Of a stretch of 64,000 nt of DNA, positions 11,809 to 24,674 are shown piece after piece; the first letter of the stretch is position 1, and each line of letters starts with the position of its first letter. The stretch is from the NCBI GenBank assembly GCA_051362555.1, contig CM120645.1, forward strand, positions 1,302,001-1,366,000, given 5' to 3'. The notes below the pieces were generated by a model, which was not told the origin of the DNA, did not search any database, and saw only the letters and a list, made by a program, of their open reading frames with translations. The stretch is from Lingula anatina (taxonomy: Eukaryota; Animalia; Brachiopoda). Position numbers and translations under genes: made by a program.

Positions 11809-14800
11809 CTGAAAACAATTAAATAGTTTTAACTTATTGACATATGCGCATATGATAGAAAAAAATTACCTGTTGTTATGTAAAAATAATAATTTTAGTG
11901 GATAAGTAATAACAGGGTTTTGACACGTAGGTAGAGGCAAGTGTATAAAAATACAAAAGATTTAGAAGAAAAAAAACCCACTGCTGTAAGAACATGTTTG
12001 TATGTTAACAAAGTGCAAAGAGATCCATGTATTGTGTGAACATTTTTACAAAAATACTTAGTACCAGAAGTCAATCATTGGGACATTGCTATTAATGCTA
12101 AAATGCTGCCATAAACGAAATGAACATATTATGAAACCCATCTATTGTGTGCTTTTTTCGGAGGGCAGTTTGGCCACTTTTGAGAAAAGAGCTGCACATG
12201 AATTAGTGAATCTTAGGGGTAATGTTATGATAGTACTGTGCTTACCTTCCTGCCAGCTCATGACCAGGTGTGGTGGGTAAACGAGGCCTGCAGGAATGGA
12301 GACGCCAGTATTGACACATGGCACTTGTCTTGGTTTGGAAGCAATGGTTTGTTCAAGTATCTCTCCAGGGAAGAGGGTTGGTGTTTTCGGACAACATCTT
12401 TTTCTCTTGGTTGGTGGTTCTTCTGCATTTTGGGCAGTGGATGAGGGGGGTTGTTGCTCACTGTTCTCACTCACACAGTGGGGACACACCAGGTACTTGT
12501 CATATGACAGCCCAGGCCAGTCCTCGTTAATGATCGCCATGAGGTCACTGTGGCCTTGCATGAGAACACGCCACATGTTGGAGAGATGTGTTCCACGGAC
12601 AGCAATGCTGATAACCCAGTCTGGATCTTGGCTGACTGGATCAAGATTTGACTGGTTTTGTCCCCGTGTCAGCTGCATTTTGCATTCCTCAAGTTCCACA
12701 TACACTCCATCCTTCCAATCAATTCGGATGGTCTTCATGAGTCCAAGATGCTTGTGCTGACGAACAGAAAATTTCTCATATAGGCCATCGGGACATTTGT
12801 ATGGAAAGAGAACCTGCAGGGTTAGTTGCGTGGTGTCTGGGGGAACCTTGCTGGGCCATTTTGTGTCTAGCTCAGGTTGTCTTTCTTCACTAAGGAGCCA
12901 TGGAAAGTGGAATGAGGTATTGGGTGGAAGGGTTTCACCTTCCTGGACTTGATAGCACAGCTCCAGTTTTATCATCATTTCTGTCATGACATCAACTTCA
13001 CTGCTTGACAATTTGAAAGACTCACACAGGCAACTCATAGCTTGTTTAGAGACAATTCCTCTGCTGAAGATGTCTTCTTCTATTTCAGGTGCTTTCCTTA
13101 CTGTAATCTTCATGGACCTCCGGAGCTTCTGTTTCACTTCACATTTATCATGAGTGAGGACTGCCTTGAGAACATTTACTAGAATCTCTGGCTTGTGGAA
13201 AACTACTTTCAACAGTGAAGGGCTTCTGTCATACCATATAATGTCTCCACGGTTGGCTAGGAAACTTAAGATGTCACAAATCATTCTTTCTACTTCCTCT
13301 GGATTTTTTTCTCTCCATGATGTAGGTGCTTTTTGCAGAATGAGGTCTTCAATCACTTCCCAGCTGAGTGTGTTTTCAGAGCCTTCACTTTTCTTGGTGC
13401 AGATATTCTTGGCTGCTTCCACCCACATTCCTGGTAGAACTTCAGCACTTGTCCTGGCAAAAGTAACAAGGTAGTCTCTCAGCTCTGGAATTCCTTTATA
13501 GGTTTTTGAACTCACTGTGAATATATGCTCATAGATGAGTTTCATCTGACCATGCAAGGTCTGCAGATGAGCCGCTTTGCTTTGGTAGGCCTGGCGGAGA
13601 GATGCTTGGGCTTTCGGTATTTCTTTTATTTTGCTCTCACATGTCTCCTTTTGTGCTTGATACCACTTTTTCTTTTTATCTGCATGGTTTTCAAGATGCC
13701 TCTTTATTGCAGAGCATTTTTTTTCTACTTGTGTGATTTCAACTTCATCAAGGTGAGTTCCAATTAGTGCTATTTGTATCCCTGGCATCTGTGCTTGCGC
13801 CTTGTCAATCCAATCTCCAATGTGCAGCTTAAAATGACCCTCATTTTCTGCATTATATTTAGACAGATCAAAAGTGATGAAAACCAAGCCGCTAGTGGAG
13901 ATAAATATGGGATGTCCTATTCTATAGGCATCATGTCCACCAAAGTCATTGATATTGAAGGCAATATCTTCATCAGCCTCCCATGTTCCCTGCTCCACCA
14001 CTCTTGTCCTGTCTGCCTTCTTTGTGAGGATTGATTGTCCAAGTTGCAATGTACGTGAAACGCTAGTTTTTCCTGCTTCTGTTTCACCAAGAAAGCTAAC
14101 CTGTATTCTGCTTGACTGGATTGCCTTGGTGTCAGTTAATGCCTCAAAATACCTCTTGATGGCACCTAGCCCCCTTTTGGCAATATGTTTAGGTGGTTGC
14201 ACCAGAGGATTATCTGTCACGTTTAGATTTGTTTCCATATTACAGATCTGACGTGGCAAATGAGTGATGTTATTGGATTCCAGTTTAAGTATCTGAAGTT
14301 TAGTCATTTTTGTGATGTCCTCTGGTACGTCAGATAGCTTGTTGTTATCCAGGTACAGCTTCTCTAGATGAGTCAGGCCACACAGTGCTATGGGGAATGT
14401 AGTGTAGTCATTGTTATTGAGCCAGAATAGTTTAAGTCCCTTCATCTTGCTGATATCCACTGGTACGTCAGATAGCTGGTTGTGAGACAGGTCCAGCTTC
14501 TCCAGGTCAATCAAGCCACAAAGTGCTATGGGGAATTCATTAAACTTATTGTTATGAACCCAGAATATTCTAAGCCCCTTCATCTTGTTGATATCCACTG
14601 GTATGTCAGATAGCTGGTTGTCAACCAGGTCCAGCTCCTCTAGGTTAGTCAAGCCGCACAGTGCTTTGGGGAATGTAGTGAAGGCATTTTCATGGAGAAA
14701 GAATAATCTAAGCCCCTTCATCCTTCTGATAGCCTTTGGTATGTCAGATAGCTGGTTGAGAAACAGGTATAGCTTCTCTAAGTTAGTCAAGCCACATAGT

Positions 14801-15363
14801 TCTGTGGGGAACGCAGTGAAGGCATTGTTATCAAGGAATAGTATTCTAAGCCCCTTTAACTTAGTGATATCTCCTGGTATGTCAGATAGCTGATTGAAAG
14901 ACAGGTGCAGCTCCTTTAGGTTAGTCAATCCACATAGTATTTTGGGGAATGTACTGAAGGCATTGTTATCGAGGAATAATATTCTAAGCCCCATTACCCT
15001 GGTGATATCCATCGGTATGTCAGATAGCTGGTTGTCTGACAGGTTCAGCTCCTCTAGGTTAGTTAAGCCACACAGTGCTATAGGGAATGTAGTGAAGGTA
15101 TTGTGGGATAGGTCCAACACTGTGAGGTGTGGCAGGTTGGATATGGACTGTGGCATAGAAGATAACATGTTACGTGATGCATTGATCTTCTTAACATTTC
15201 TGCACCTGTCAATGGACTCTGGTAGGTTGTCTATATCAGCAGAATCTATATGAAGCTCAGTCCATTCCAGCACAGTGTCTGGTGTCTTGGACTGTTGAGA
15301 CAACTGCAGCCTATGTAAGAGATCAAGACTCTCTCTTCCTGCTGTTACTTGTCTGTAAGCCAT
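11519..15363 (-). CDS. ROCO protein copy 1, LRR-Roc-COR-CARD (MFHAS1/MASL1-like core); exons 15363-12246 and 11808-11519; predicted 1135 aa
   Basis: ~14 LRRs LxxLxLxxNxL/F; P-loop GETEAGKTS, G3 DFGG, G4 GTHLD; COR motifs RGDIIWY, FPWLL, PDGLYEKFSVR, WPGLSYDKYLVCPHC. Donor GAAG|gtaag at 12246/12245 and acceptor ttttcag at 11809 join in frame (WQE-V-LHKEK) to a CARD-like six-helix pattern. Confidence 0.9.
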
Positions 15364-16088
15364 GTATCAAGAATCGAGCAGATGGAAAAAGCCTTACTGG
15401 TTTATCTTATAGATGATCACATGGCAAATGTGCAAATTGTTTTTGACTTCCTCCATTACTGCACATACATGTCTTTTATTGCTCTTTTCTTTATCTGAAA
15501 TGGAAAAAGATGAAATTGGTAGTGTCAGGGACGATCCACCTAACCACTTCCTTTTTTGTTAACTCTCTAGAAAAGGAGCAGTTGTAAGCTCCAACGTACA
15601 TATGTACATAAGCTTGGAAGTTTCTACTGACCAGCCTGCACAATTCACGGCAGCATCAACAGCTCTGTAGTTTAGCAGTTCAGTGGCTCTTGACACTAGT
15701 GGCACTAATTCCCTCCGGCACCCGTAAATCCACTACAACAGTGGTCTACCCGGCAACACCCTACAGCAATTTCATCAGTAGTGTTCAATTTGTTTCTATT
15801 TTGAACTGTTTTCCTCACATTAAATTTATTATTTATTTAATTCATATTTTTTCTTGTTGACTTTTAATATTTGATCCGTCTGCAAAATTTTGTCTCCCAA
15901 GCCCCATTTTAACACCCAAGGGCATGGAGGAAAGAAAATTAAAAACATCAAGAATGGGACGCCTCTCTTCTTTCACAAAACTCGTAATAAAAACAAGACA
16001 GATGATTAAAGAAACGACGAGCACCTCTAGACTATTTCAGATTACAGAAGTAGTGATTGCATTGAAGACAGAATGTTAAACAGCAAAC

Positions 16089-16650
16089 ATGGCTTACATC
16101 AATAGCTTGGAAGACTACGATGGCACTGAAGCACCCCAGCTTTGCATCGTAGAATTGGAAAGCTGGGTATCAGACAGATTCTGGTAACTTTTCGATCTCC
16201 TCCAGACAAAGAAGTCGACGACAAGGTTCACTCCAGTTATAATGTCTTCACTTCACACTTCTCGGACAGTTCCTGAGCAGTGGGAAGTTTACAATGAAAT
16301 GACAAGCAAGAAGAGGTTTGAGTGCATCAATACTCACTGTCTTTGAAGAAATCGTATACGACTAGGACCTTTTGCATCTGAATGTACCTCCCCTGGGCTC
16401 TGCAGAGCAGCAGCAACAATTGCAACAATGGACATCACGCAACGCTACATGATGCCTCTTAGGAAGTTTGTCACCCTCAGCAATGCAGCTACCTCCATTG
16501 AGGACAGGCATGCTCAGTACCAGCTTTACCAGAAACCACCTGTGAATCTGGACGTCATTTGGTTCAATGCTATTGAAACAGATGCAGTTCTACCGTGGAA
16601 CTATGCCATGACCTTCAAACACTACCAGTCCCTGTGTCGCAAGAACTAAT
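16089..16650 (+). pseudogene. Degenerate retrotransposon gag/capsid-like sequence, divergent from ROCO copy 1
   Basis: MAYINSLEDYDGTEAPQL(C/W)I..ESWVS and PLRKFVTLSNAATSIEDRHAQ resemble Ty3/Gypsy capsid N- and C-lobe patterns; broken frames. A truncated paralog lies at 40330-40460. Confidence 0.45.
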
Positions 16651-16694
16651 CCAGTGCGTTTCCCTAGCTACTGTGACATAATGAACACATTGCT

Positions 16695-19325
16695 GGATGA
16701 CAGCTGTCTCCAGGTAGCCGTTCTCTTACAAGCCCTCATCTCTGAGGCGCACACTGCAGCCCACAGCCCATAATAACAGCTGTCTCCTGGCAGCCATTTT
16801 CTCATCAGCCCTCTCTGTGGACACACCCGGCAGCCCATGATGACAGCTGTCTACTGGCAGCCGCTCTTCCCCATGTCAGGCATGCACCCAGCAGCCCATA
16901 ATGGCATCTGTCTCCAGCGACCATTCTCTCAACAGCCCCCTCTGAGGGGCGCACCCAGAAGTCTATAATGACAGCTGTCTCCAGGCAACCGTTCTGTCAC
17001 AAGCCCACATCTTAGGGGTGCACCCAAGAGCCCATAACGACAGTTGTCTCCTAGCAGCTGTTCTCTCAGTAGCCCTCATCTCAGGGGCACACCCAGCAGC
17101 CCAGAGCCCACAATGAAAGCAGTCTCACGGCAGCTGTACTCTCATAAGCCCTCATCTCAGGAGCGCACCCGGCAGCCCACAGCCCACAATGACAGCAGTC
17201 TCAAGGTAGCTGTTTTCTCAAAAGCCCTCATCTCAGGAGCGTACCTGGTAGTCCACAATGACAGCAGTCTCAAGGCAGCTGTACTCTCGTAAGCCCTCAT
17301 CTCAGAAGCGCACCAGGCAGCCCACAGCCCACAATGACAGCAGTCTCAAGGTAGATATTCTCTCAAAAGCCCTCATCTCAGAGGCGCACCGTGCAGCCCA
17401 CAGCCCACAATGACAGCAGTCTCCAGGCAGCCATTCTCTCACAAGCCCCCATTTCAGGGGCGCACCGTGCAGCCCACAGCCCATAATGACAGCTGTCTCC
17501 AGGCAGCCTTTCTCTCATCAGCCTCCTCTGAGGGACACACCCGGCAGCCCATAATGACAGCAGTCTCCAGGCAGCCTTTCTCTCACAAGCCCTCATTTCA
17601 AGGGCACACCTGCGGCCCACAGCCCATAATGACAGCTGTCTCCAGGCTGCCGTTCTCTCACCAGCCATCCTCTGAGAGGTGCACCCAGCAGCCTATAATG
17701 ACAGCTGTCACCAGGCAACCGTTCTCTCAGTAGCCCTCATCTCAGGAGCGCACCCGGCAGCCCACAGCCCACAATGAAAGCAGTCTCAAGGCAGCTGTCA
17801 TCTCGTAAGCCCTCATCTCAGGAGCGCACCTGGCAGCACACAATGATAGCAGTCTCCAGGCAACCGTTCTGTCACAATCCCTCATCTCAGAGGGGCACGC
17901 TGCAGCCCACAGCCCACAATGACAGCAGTCTCAAGGTAGCCCTTCTCTCACAAGCCCTCATAACAGGAGCGTACCTGGCAGTCCACAGCCAACAATGACA
18001 GCAGTCTCCCGGCAGCCATTCTCTCACAAGCCTTCATTTCAGGGGCGCATCCAGCAGTCCACAGTCCATAATGACAGCTGTCTCCAGGCAGCCGTTCTGT
18101 CAGAAGCCATCATCTCAGGGGTGCACCCAAGAGCTAATAAGGACAGCTTTCTCCTGGCAGCCGTTCTCTCAGTAGCCCCCATCTCAGGAGCGCACCCTAC
18201 AGCCCACAGCCCACAATGAAAGCAGTCTCAAGGCAGCTGTCATCTCGTAAGCCCTCATCTCAGGAGCGCACCTGGCAGCCCACAGCCCATAATGACAGCT
18301 GTCTCCAGGCAGCCGTTCTCTCACCAGCCACCCTCTGAGGGGTGCACCCAGCAGCCTTTAATGACAGCTGTCACCAGGCAACCGTTCTGTCACAAGCCCT
18401 CATCTCAGGGGTGCACCCAAGAGCCAATACGGACAGCTGCCTCCTGGCAGCCGTGCTCTCAGTAGCCCTTATCTCAGGAGCGCACCCGACAGCCCACAGC
18501 CCACAATGAAAGCAGTCTCAAGGCAGCTGTCATCTCGTAAGCCCTCATCTCAAAAGCACACCTGGCCGCACACAATGACAGCAGTCCTCATCTCAGAGGC
18601 GCACCCTGCAGCCCACAGCCCACATTGACAACAGCCTCAAGGTAGCCCTTCTCTCACAAGCCCTCATCTCAGGAGCGTACCTGGCAGTCCACAGCCCACA
18701 ATGACAGCAGTCTCCGGGCAGCAATTCTCTCACAAGCCCTCGTCTCAGGAGCCTACCTGGCAGCCCACAATGACAGCAGTCTTAAAGAAGCCATTCACTC
18801 ACAAGCCCTCATCTCAGGAGCGTACCTGGCAGCCCACAGCCCAAATTGACAGCAGTCTCCAGGCAGCCATTCTCTCTCAAGTCCTCATCTCAGGAGCGCA
18901 CCCGGCAGCCCACAACCCACAGCCCACAATGACAGCAGTCTCCAGGCAGCCATTCTCTCTCAAGTCCTCATCTCAGGAGCGTACCCGGCAGCCCACAACC
19001 CACAGCCCATAATGACAGCAGTCTCCAGGCAGCTGTACTCTTACTAGCCCTTATCTCAGGGGTGCACCCAAGAGCCAATAAGGACAGCTGTCTCCTGGCA
19101 GCCGTTCTCTCAGTAGCCCTCATCTTAATGGCACACCCAGCAGCCCACAGCCCACTATGACAGCAGTCTCAAGATGGCCGTTCTCTCACAAGCCCTCATC
19201 CCAGGAGCGTACCTGGCAGCCAACAGTCCATAATGACAGCTGTCTCCAGGCAGCCGTTCTCTCACAAGCCCTCTCTGAGGGACGCATCCGGCAGCCCATG
19301 ATGACAGCAGTCTCCAGGCAGTCAT
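16695..19325. repeat. Satellite of 69/76-bp units (roughly 35 units)
   Basis: Consensus ATGACAGCWGTCTCCAGGCAGCCRTTCTCTCACMAGCCCTCATCTCAGGRGCGCACCCGGCAGCCCA(CAGCCCA)YA. A-rich tract follows at 19395-19423. Confidence 0.95.
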
Positions 19326-20428
19326 TTCGTTGAACTCTGCAGTCCACCACGACAGAGGGCTCCAGGCACAGTAGTGTAAATGGGGTTTAATAACATAAAT
19401 AAAACATAAATAAAATAAAATAATTTCATCACTATTTCCTAATTAGATGGTGACAAACTGGAAATGTAATATAAAAATATCACATGTATAAAAATGTTTT
19501 TGTGACAGCAGTTCTTTTCACTTGACAAAAGGCATGTGGACATTTAAACATACTTGTATTTCAAGCATTTTAACTTAATGTACATTTTTGTTCATTAGGC
19601 ATCTCTGTTACTTAATGCAGATTTAATATGCATTTCGACAAAACGCAGGATATCTGAAAAAAAAAATAGATTAGAATGACAAAAAGTTGGAAGGATGGGG
19701 TACATAAATGAAATGTTATATATTAAAATCATTTCACATGCATTACAAAAGTCTGTGATCAGAATTTGGGGTGGTTAACAAATACATTTTACTTTGAGCC
19801 AATTAATGAACTAATTAAAATGTACATAACCTGAAAGTTTAAATAAAATGACATTTAGGCTATATATCTGTTTGTAAATGATATACCTTCAGTCTGTTAG
19901 TTCTGGATATCTATTAAGATAGTTGATGCTAGACACCAGCTATAACCAACATTTCTGGAGGTCTTAAGTACCTGGAATTTGAAACAGTGTGTACCTTAAG
20001 ACAAGTTTAAGGGCAGAGACCAAATAATTTCCCATTGATGGACGCACTATGAAAAGCCTGCAAAACTGCATGAACAAAATAATTTGATGAAGCATTTCTT
20101 ATCCCCATGGACAGCAGACGCACTGACATAACTCCTTAAGGCACACAAACATATTGCTGAAAAGCTACTTTTCTTACCAACAGTAATTGAACACGTTCAA
20201 CCCTTACGCTCTACCAGGCCACAGACTGAATTTTCCCATATATGTGTTTAGATAAATAGACGGTCATTTTACTTTCTCTAGAATTTGCCCATTTTACCTA
20301 TATAATCTGCCACCCTGTTAGAGGGTATGCACCCCTCTCTTTTCTAAACAACCCACCGCATTGTTTACAGTCAGTAGCTCCCTCTGTCAGAGGTCTGACA
20401 CTACAAGACACCTGTGCCTTGTCCAGAA

Positions 20429-21152
20429 TAAAGATACACTAGTTTACACCCTGGGCCTAGTTGGCACCAAATTATTCCCAGCAGCACACAAACAAATTGA
20501 AAAAAATTGAAAATTGAAAAAAAAAACGGTTTAATTTGCAGTTCCTGAATTGTAGAGAGTTTTCCATATCGGCGTCTTATGCACTGCACTTTGCTTCATG
20601 CCCGTGGGAGTTCTAAGTCCCACACTGGAAATGCCAAAGGGAAGCAAAATTTGCAAAGTTCAGTTCATGGTGAAAAGTAGGTCAAAGGTAAATTTTAAGG
20701 TCACATTTAGATTGCCTGTATGTGACTTCCTATTCAAGTTCAATAGAAATTATGGACCTATCTCTGCCAGTTTTGGAGATATAATTGACTAAAGATACAC
20801 TAGTTTACACCCTGGGCCTAGTTGGCACCAAATTATTCCCAGCAGCACACAAACAAATTGAAAAAAATTGAAAATTGAAAAAAAAAACGGTTTAATTTGC
20901 AGTTCCTGAATTGTAGAGAGTTTTCCATATCGGCGTCTTATGCACTGCACTTTGCTTCATGCCCGTGGGAGTTCTAAGTCCCACACTGGAAATGCCAAAG
21001 GGAAGCAACATTTGCAAAGTTCAGTTCATGGTAAAAAGTAGGTCAAAGGTCAATTTCAAGGTCACAGTAAGATTGCCACTGTATGACTTCCTATCCAACT
21101 TCAATAGTAACTATGGACCTATCTCTGCCTGTTTTGGAGATATAATTGACTA
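20429..21152. repeat. 361-bp tandem duplication of a dispersed repeat fragment
   Basis: taaagatacactagtttacaccctgggcctagttggcacc... at 20429 and 20790. Related GGTCAAAGGTCA/GTTTTGGAGATATA motif copies at 44300-44790. Confidence 0.85.
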
Positions 21153-21559
21153 AATGTTATAAATTTGGAGGTACCATAATGTGCCATAGATTTCCTACAG
21201 AAAAGATTAATTTAAATAAAAAAACATCATTTTGGTCAAAACTCTTAAAATAGGAGGTGCTCTGAAGTTCCAGAAGTTCAAATTTGATGAAATAATGTCA
21301 TTTTCGACCACAAGTTGTCTGCTTTGCCAAGCCTTATGTATTATTTTTCCAGAGTTCAAAATTTATTATCCATTACCGTACTGCACATTTTGCTTTCACC
21401 ACCAATATGTACTTTTTGATACAGCGTAACTTGAAAACCGTATGAAAAAAAAAAAAAAAAAAAACGGAGACCACATTCAGTGTTGGGCTTTACATGCTCT
21501 ACAAAATGCCAAAAAGAATGGGTCTCTAGCATTAACGGTTCCCGAATTAGAGACAGTTT

Positions 21560-22137
21560 TCAGTTTCGGTACTTTATGGCCGCTACTCCCGTGAAGATGC
21601 ACCGATTGACCCCAAATTCACGGAGATGAAAGATGACCCAAAGGGTAACACTTTCCAGTAATAATATTGGTTAAGTCTGTGTGGTGTCTGAATAACAGGG
21701 CAAAAAAAAAAAAAAATTTCGTAAAAAAATTCATTTTTTTTAAATTTTGGCCCGTTTGACCTTGAAATAAAGGTCAAAGGTCAAATCCAAGGGCATATTT
21801 GAAATCTACACATTGGACTTTTGGAAAGCCGTCTGTAGAATTTTTTCCCATAACTCCTTCCGTAGTAGATAATTAGCATTTAATTTTGCCATTTTTAGAA
21901 AAGGGTGCATTGCAATGAGTGCACACCTAGACCCCAATACCGACAAAGCCCAAATTTTACGTGGAACGAGTTGAGATTATAGGTGACCTAAATCCAAGAG
22001 ATGGGTACGCAGGCCCTAGTAGTCTAGGAGGAGAAGCGGTAACGGTGACTTGGCGGCGGAGCCACAGAAGCCGGCGGAACATACGGGTCGGGACTAAAAC
22101 CATGTGTACCGCCAGCGCCTACGCTGGTGGTACAATA
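21560..22137. mobile_element. Probable Helentron/HINE-type non-autonomous element end
   Basis: TGACCTTGAAATAAAGGTCAAAGGTCA core, CGG microrepeats and terminal hairpin GTACCGCCAGCG-CCTA-CGCTGGTGGTAC followed by AATAA. Absent from the paralogous site near 48450. Confidence 0.4.
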
Positions 22138-23650
22138 ACTTATCCAAGTTTAACTCGGGGAAAGAGATAGCGTGGGGGGGGGGGGGGGGGGGGTACATGA
22201 TGACCTTCAAGTGCATGTGCAGGAATCCACCCTTGTGTATTTAATGATAGTCCGTTGTCTGGCACATTTCCTGAATATGGTGCCGCCTTTGAAGATTTCG
22301 TCGAACCTAATACAAGGGGTTCTCAGTATTTACAGTTAGAGGCCCCCTTATGTCCTTTTATCTCATATATTTAGTAGTAGCAAGGTGGCGTATACGTGTA
22401 CCTCCTTGGTTTTAGTCCACAAGCGTGGATGGCCTGCCTTGAAAGTTATATTTTAAACAGAATGAAACACGTGTTTGTTTTTCTGCCCTCATAATTTCAG
22501 GAAGTAATGTCTGTCTCCTGTAGTAATAAGTAAGTCAAGACAATCTTTATTATTAATCTTATTGTGGTTTGGGGCTTGGTGCTAGAGAAATAATTTCTAA
22601 TAATTATAACAATAATAATTTGTAATTTCGACTCACGTTTGCTGATTAGTCCACAACACAGACATGATATTACCCATTATAAGAAATCCTTGAAAGGTTA
22701 GTGAGCTGCATTATTATTATCATTTATTATTTGTTAATAAATTAATTAATTTTTTCGAAGGGAGGGGGTCATGTTTTAGGGTTAAGGGCAAGAATACAGT
22801 ATCCTAATTTTACTTCCGTGTGCCTGTCAGTCAAGAGTGACACTTATGCAGAACATGCATAATGATTTGACTGTAGCAAGCCGATTAACTAGCGTCCTAA
22901 CATACTAAAACTAACTATACAGTCATAAACATGCTTTTATAATAGAGCTGTAAACATGAAAATGGTTGTTTAGTTTTTATCTTTTTGTAAGCCTGACAAA
23001 ATGCATTCAAAAATGTGAAATAAAATCTGAATCTCACAGAAAATTACAAAATAAAGTTGAGATAAATTAAATGAGTCAGTTTAGATATAATATTTTCTTT
23101 ATCTACATTCCATTCAAAGCTTTTTATTCTCCCCAATTCAGATCTTAAAAAAGTATAAACCCCTCGAATATACAAAACCTTTAAAACTATACCCCTTATA
23201 TAGAAGGGCCTGACGTCGATATTTATTTCGGAATTTTACAGAAAGACATGGCGTTCTAAATGACTGGCCAGCCATTTCAAACTAAATCATCATAACATCA
23301 AAAATAGAATAAAACATCAAATCCGAGTGCAGAGCTTAGTCAAAAATGATTCCTGAGTTGGCTTTTACCGAAAACAATACATTTTGGTGGGTAGATCCCG
23401 GAAAAGGAACCTTGAACTAATTTCAACAGACCAGGTGTTTTTTTGAATATTCAACCTTTGATCCCTCTTTCCTGATATTCTTAACTCTGTAACAATCTGA
23501 ATAAAATTTAGAAGTCTTTAAACCACACCAACATTTTGAGCTCTGACATTGCGTTGCACGCCATCCAAAACTGTGTCAAGATGGTTGAAATGTGGCGAGG
23601 TTCGTCAGAAGGTGAAACAATTATTTAATCTTTTTTTTTTTTGGTGATAT

Positions 23651-24293
23651 TATAACACGGCAGTGTTATACAATTTGTCTCTGCCTTTAAATCACATTTA
23701 CAATCACGGAAGAGAAACCAAAATAAGAAACAAAAATCTCAGAAGAGTTATTAATTAAAGTAATTGAATGACAGAAAAGGGAGAAAAGAGAAAAGGATGA
23801 CAGAAAAGGGAGAAAAGAGTGACGATCCTGAAAGAATATAGGTACTTACGGTAGGCCTCACCAAAAACAAGACGCCACACCTGAGATAATTTCGTTAAAG
23901 CCAGTCCCAGGTCTGAGCGTTATGTAACCTTCCTACCCAGAGAACATATCCGTGTTCAGGGCTACTATAAAAATAATACAGTCCCTGCATTTAGTTTTAT
24001 CATACTTCCAATTAATCACATATGTTACATTTAGTTCCTTTATTATTCCTATAAATTACACACATTTAGCAATAGTTATTGGGTACGCAGGATTTAGAAC
24101 GATTCCCTATAAAATGAGGGCTTCTCAGTTAGTGAAAGAGAGACCCCGGGAGATCGTCGTGACTGTCCCTGCCTGCGTGCCAGCCTGTAGCCCATGTGGA
24201 AAGAATAAAGAACCTCATGAACTACAACTGAAGTTGTTCTTCGTTCTCGAGCCGCGGTTCCTCATCAAAAATGAGTAACCATCCAAGGTTACA
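23651..24293 (+). mobile_element. Solo-LTR-like insertion (Gypsy-type)
   Basis: Ends TATAAC (TGTAAC-like)...GTTACA, 4-bp TSD ATAT on both sides, internal TATAAAA and AATAAA. Empty site (gtgatattaattctt) in paralogous units at ~28812, ~50490 and ~56987. Confidence 0.65.
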
Positions 24294-24674
24294 ATATTAA
24301 TTCTTGACATTCATCTGTAGAAATATCAAAACTAATTACTTGTCTTTTGATTTGTTTAACAGTAAGTAGATTAGGCATTTAACGTGTATTTAAAATCTTT
24401 TTGATTTTTCACCATTTTAGTGACACATTAATCTTATTGCTCTTCTTGGAAGTGTTAACAAGAAAATCGCAAGATTGATAAGGCGTGTTTCGTAAGATTA
24501 AATCTGAACTTTGACAAAGCTGGAGTAAACTGGATATCAAGCAAACAGAAAGTAAACATTACACCCCTATTATGAATATAGTGAGAAACTACTATAAATT
24601 GTGACATTTATCTCTGACCAGGGGCGGATCCAGGATCATTTCAATGGGGGAGGGGGGTCAATATCAGTATATAA

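Noticed and set aside
12142-12245. C-terminal residues of the 1073-aa ORF (and 36559-36584 of the 1021-aa ORF) as true protein ends
   Set aside because: Similarity between copies drops right after a consensus donor; these residues are intron read-through.
12238-15253. Plus-strand ORFs overlapping ROCO copy 1 (and equivalents at 36553-39514)
   Set aside because: Antisense shadows of the coding frame, conserved only because the genes are recent duplicates.
16695-19325. CRISPR-like array
   Set aside because: Units are contiguous degenerate copies with no unique spacers, there are no cas genes, and the context is eukaryotic.
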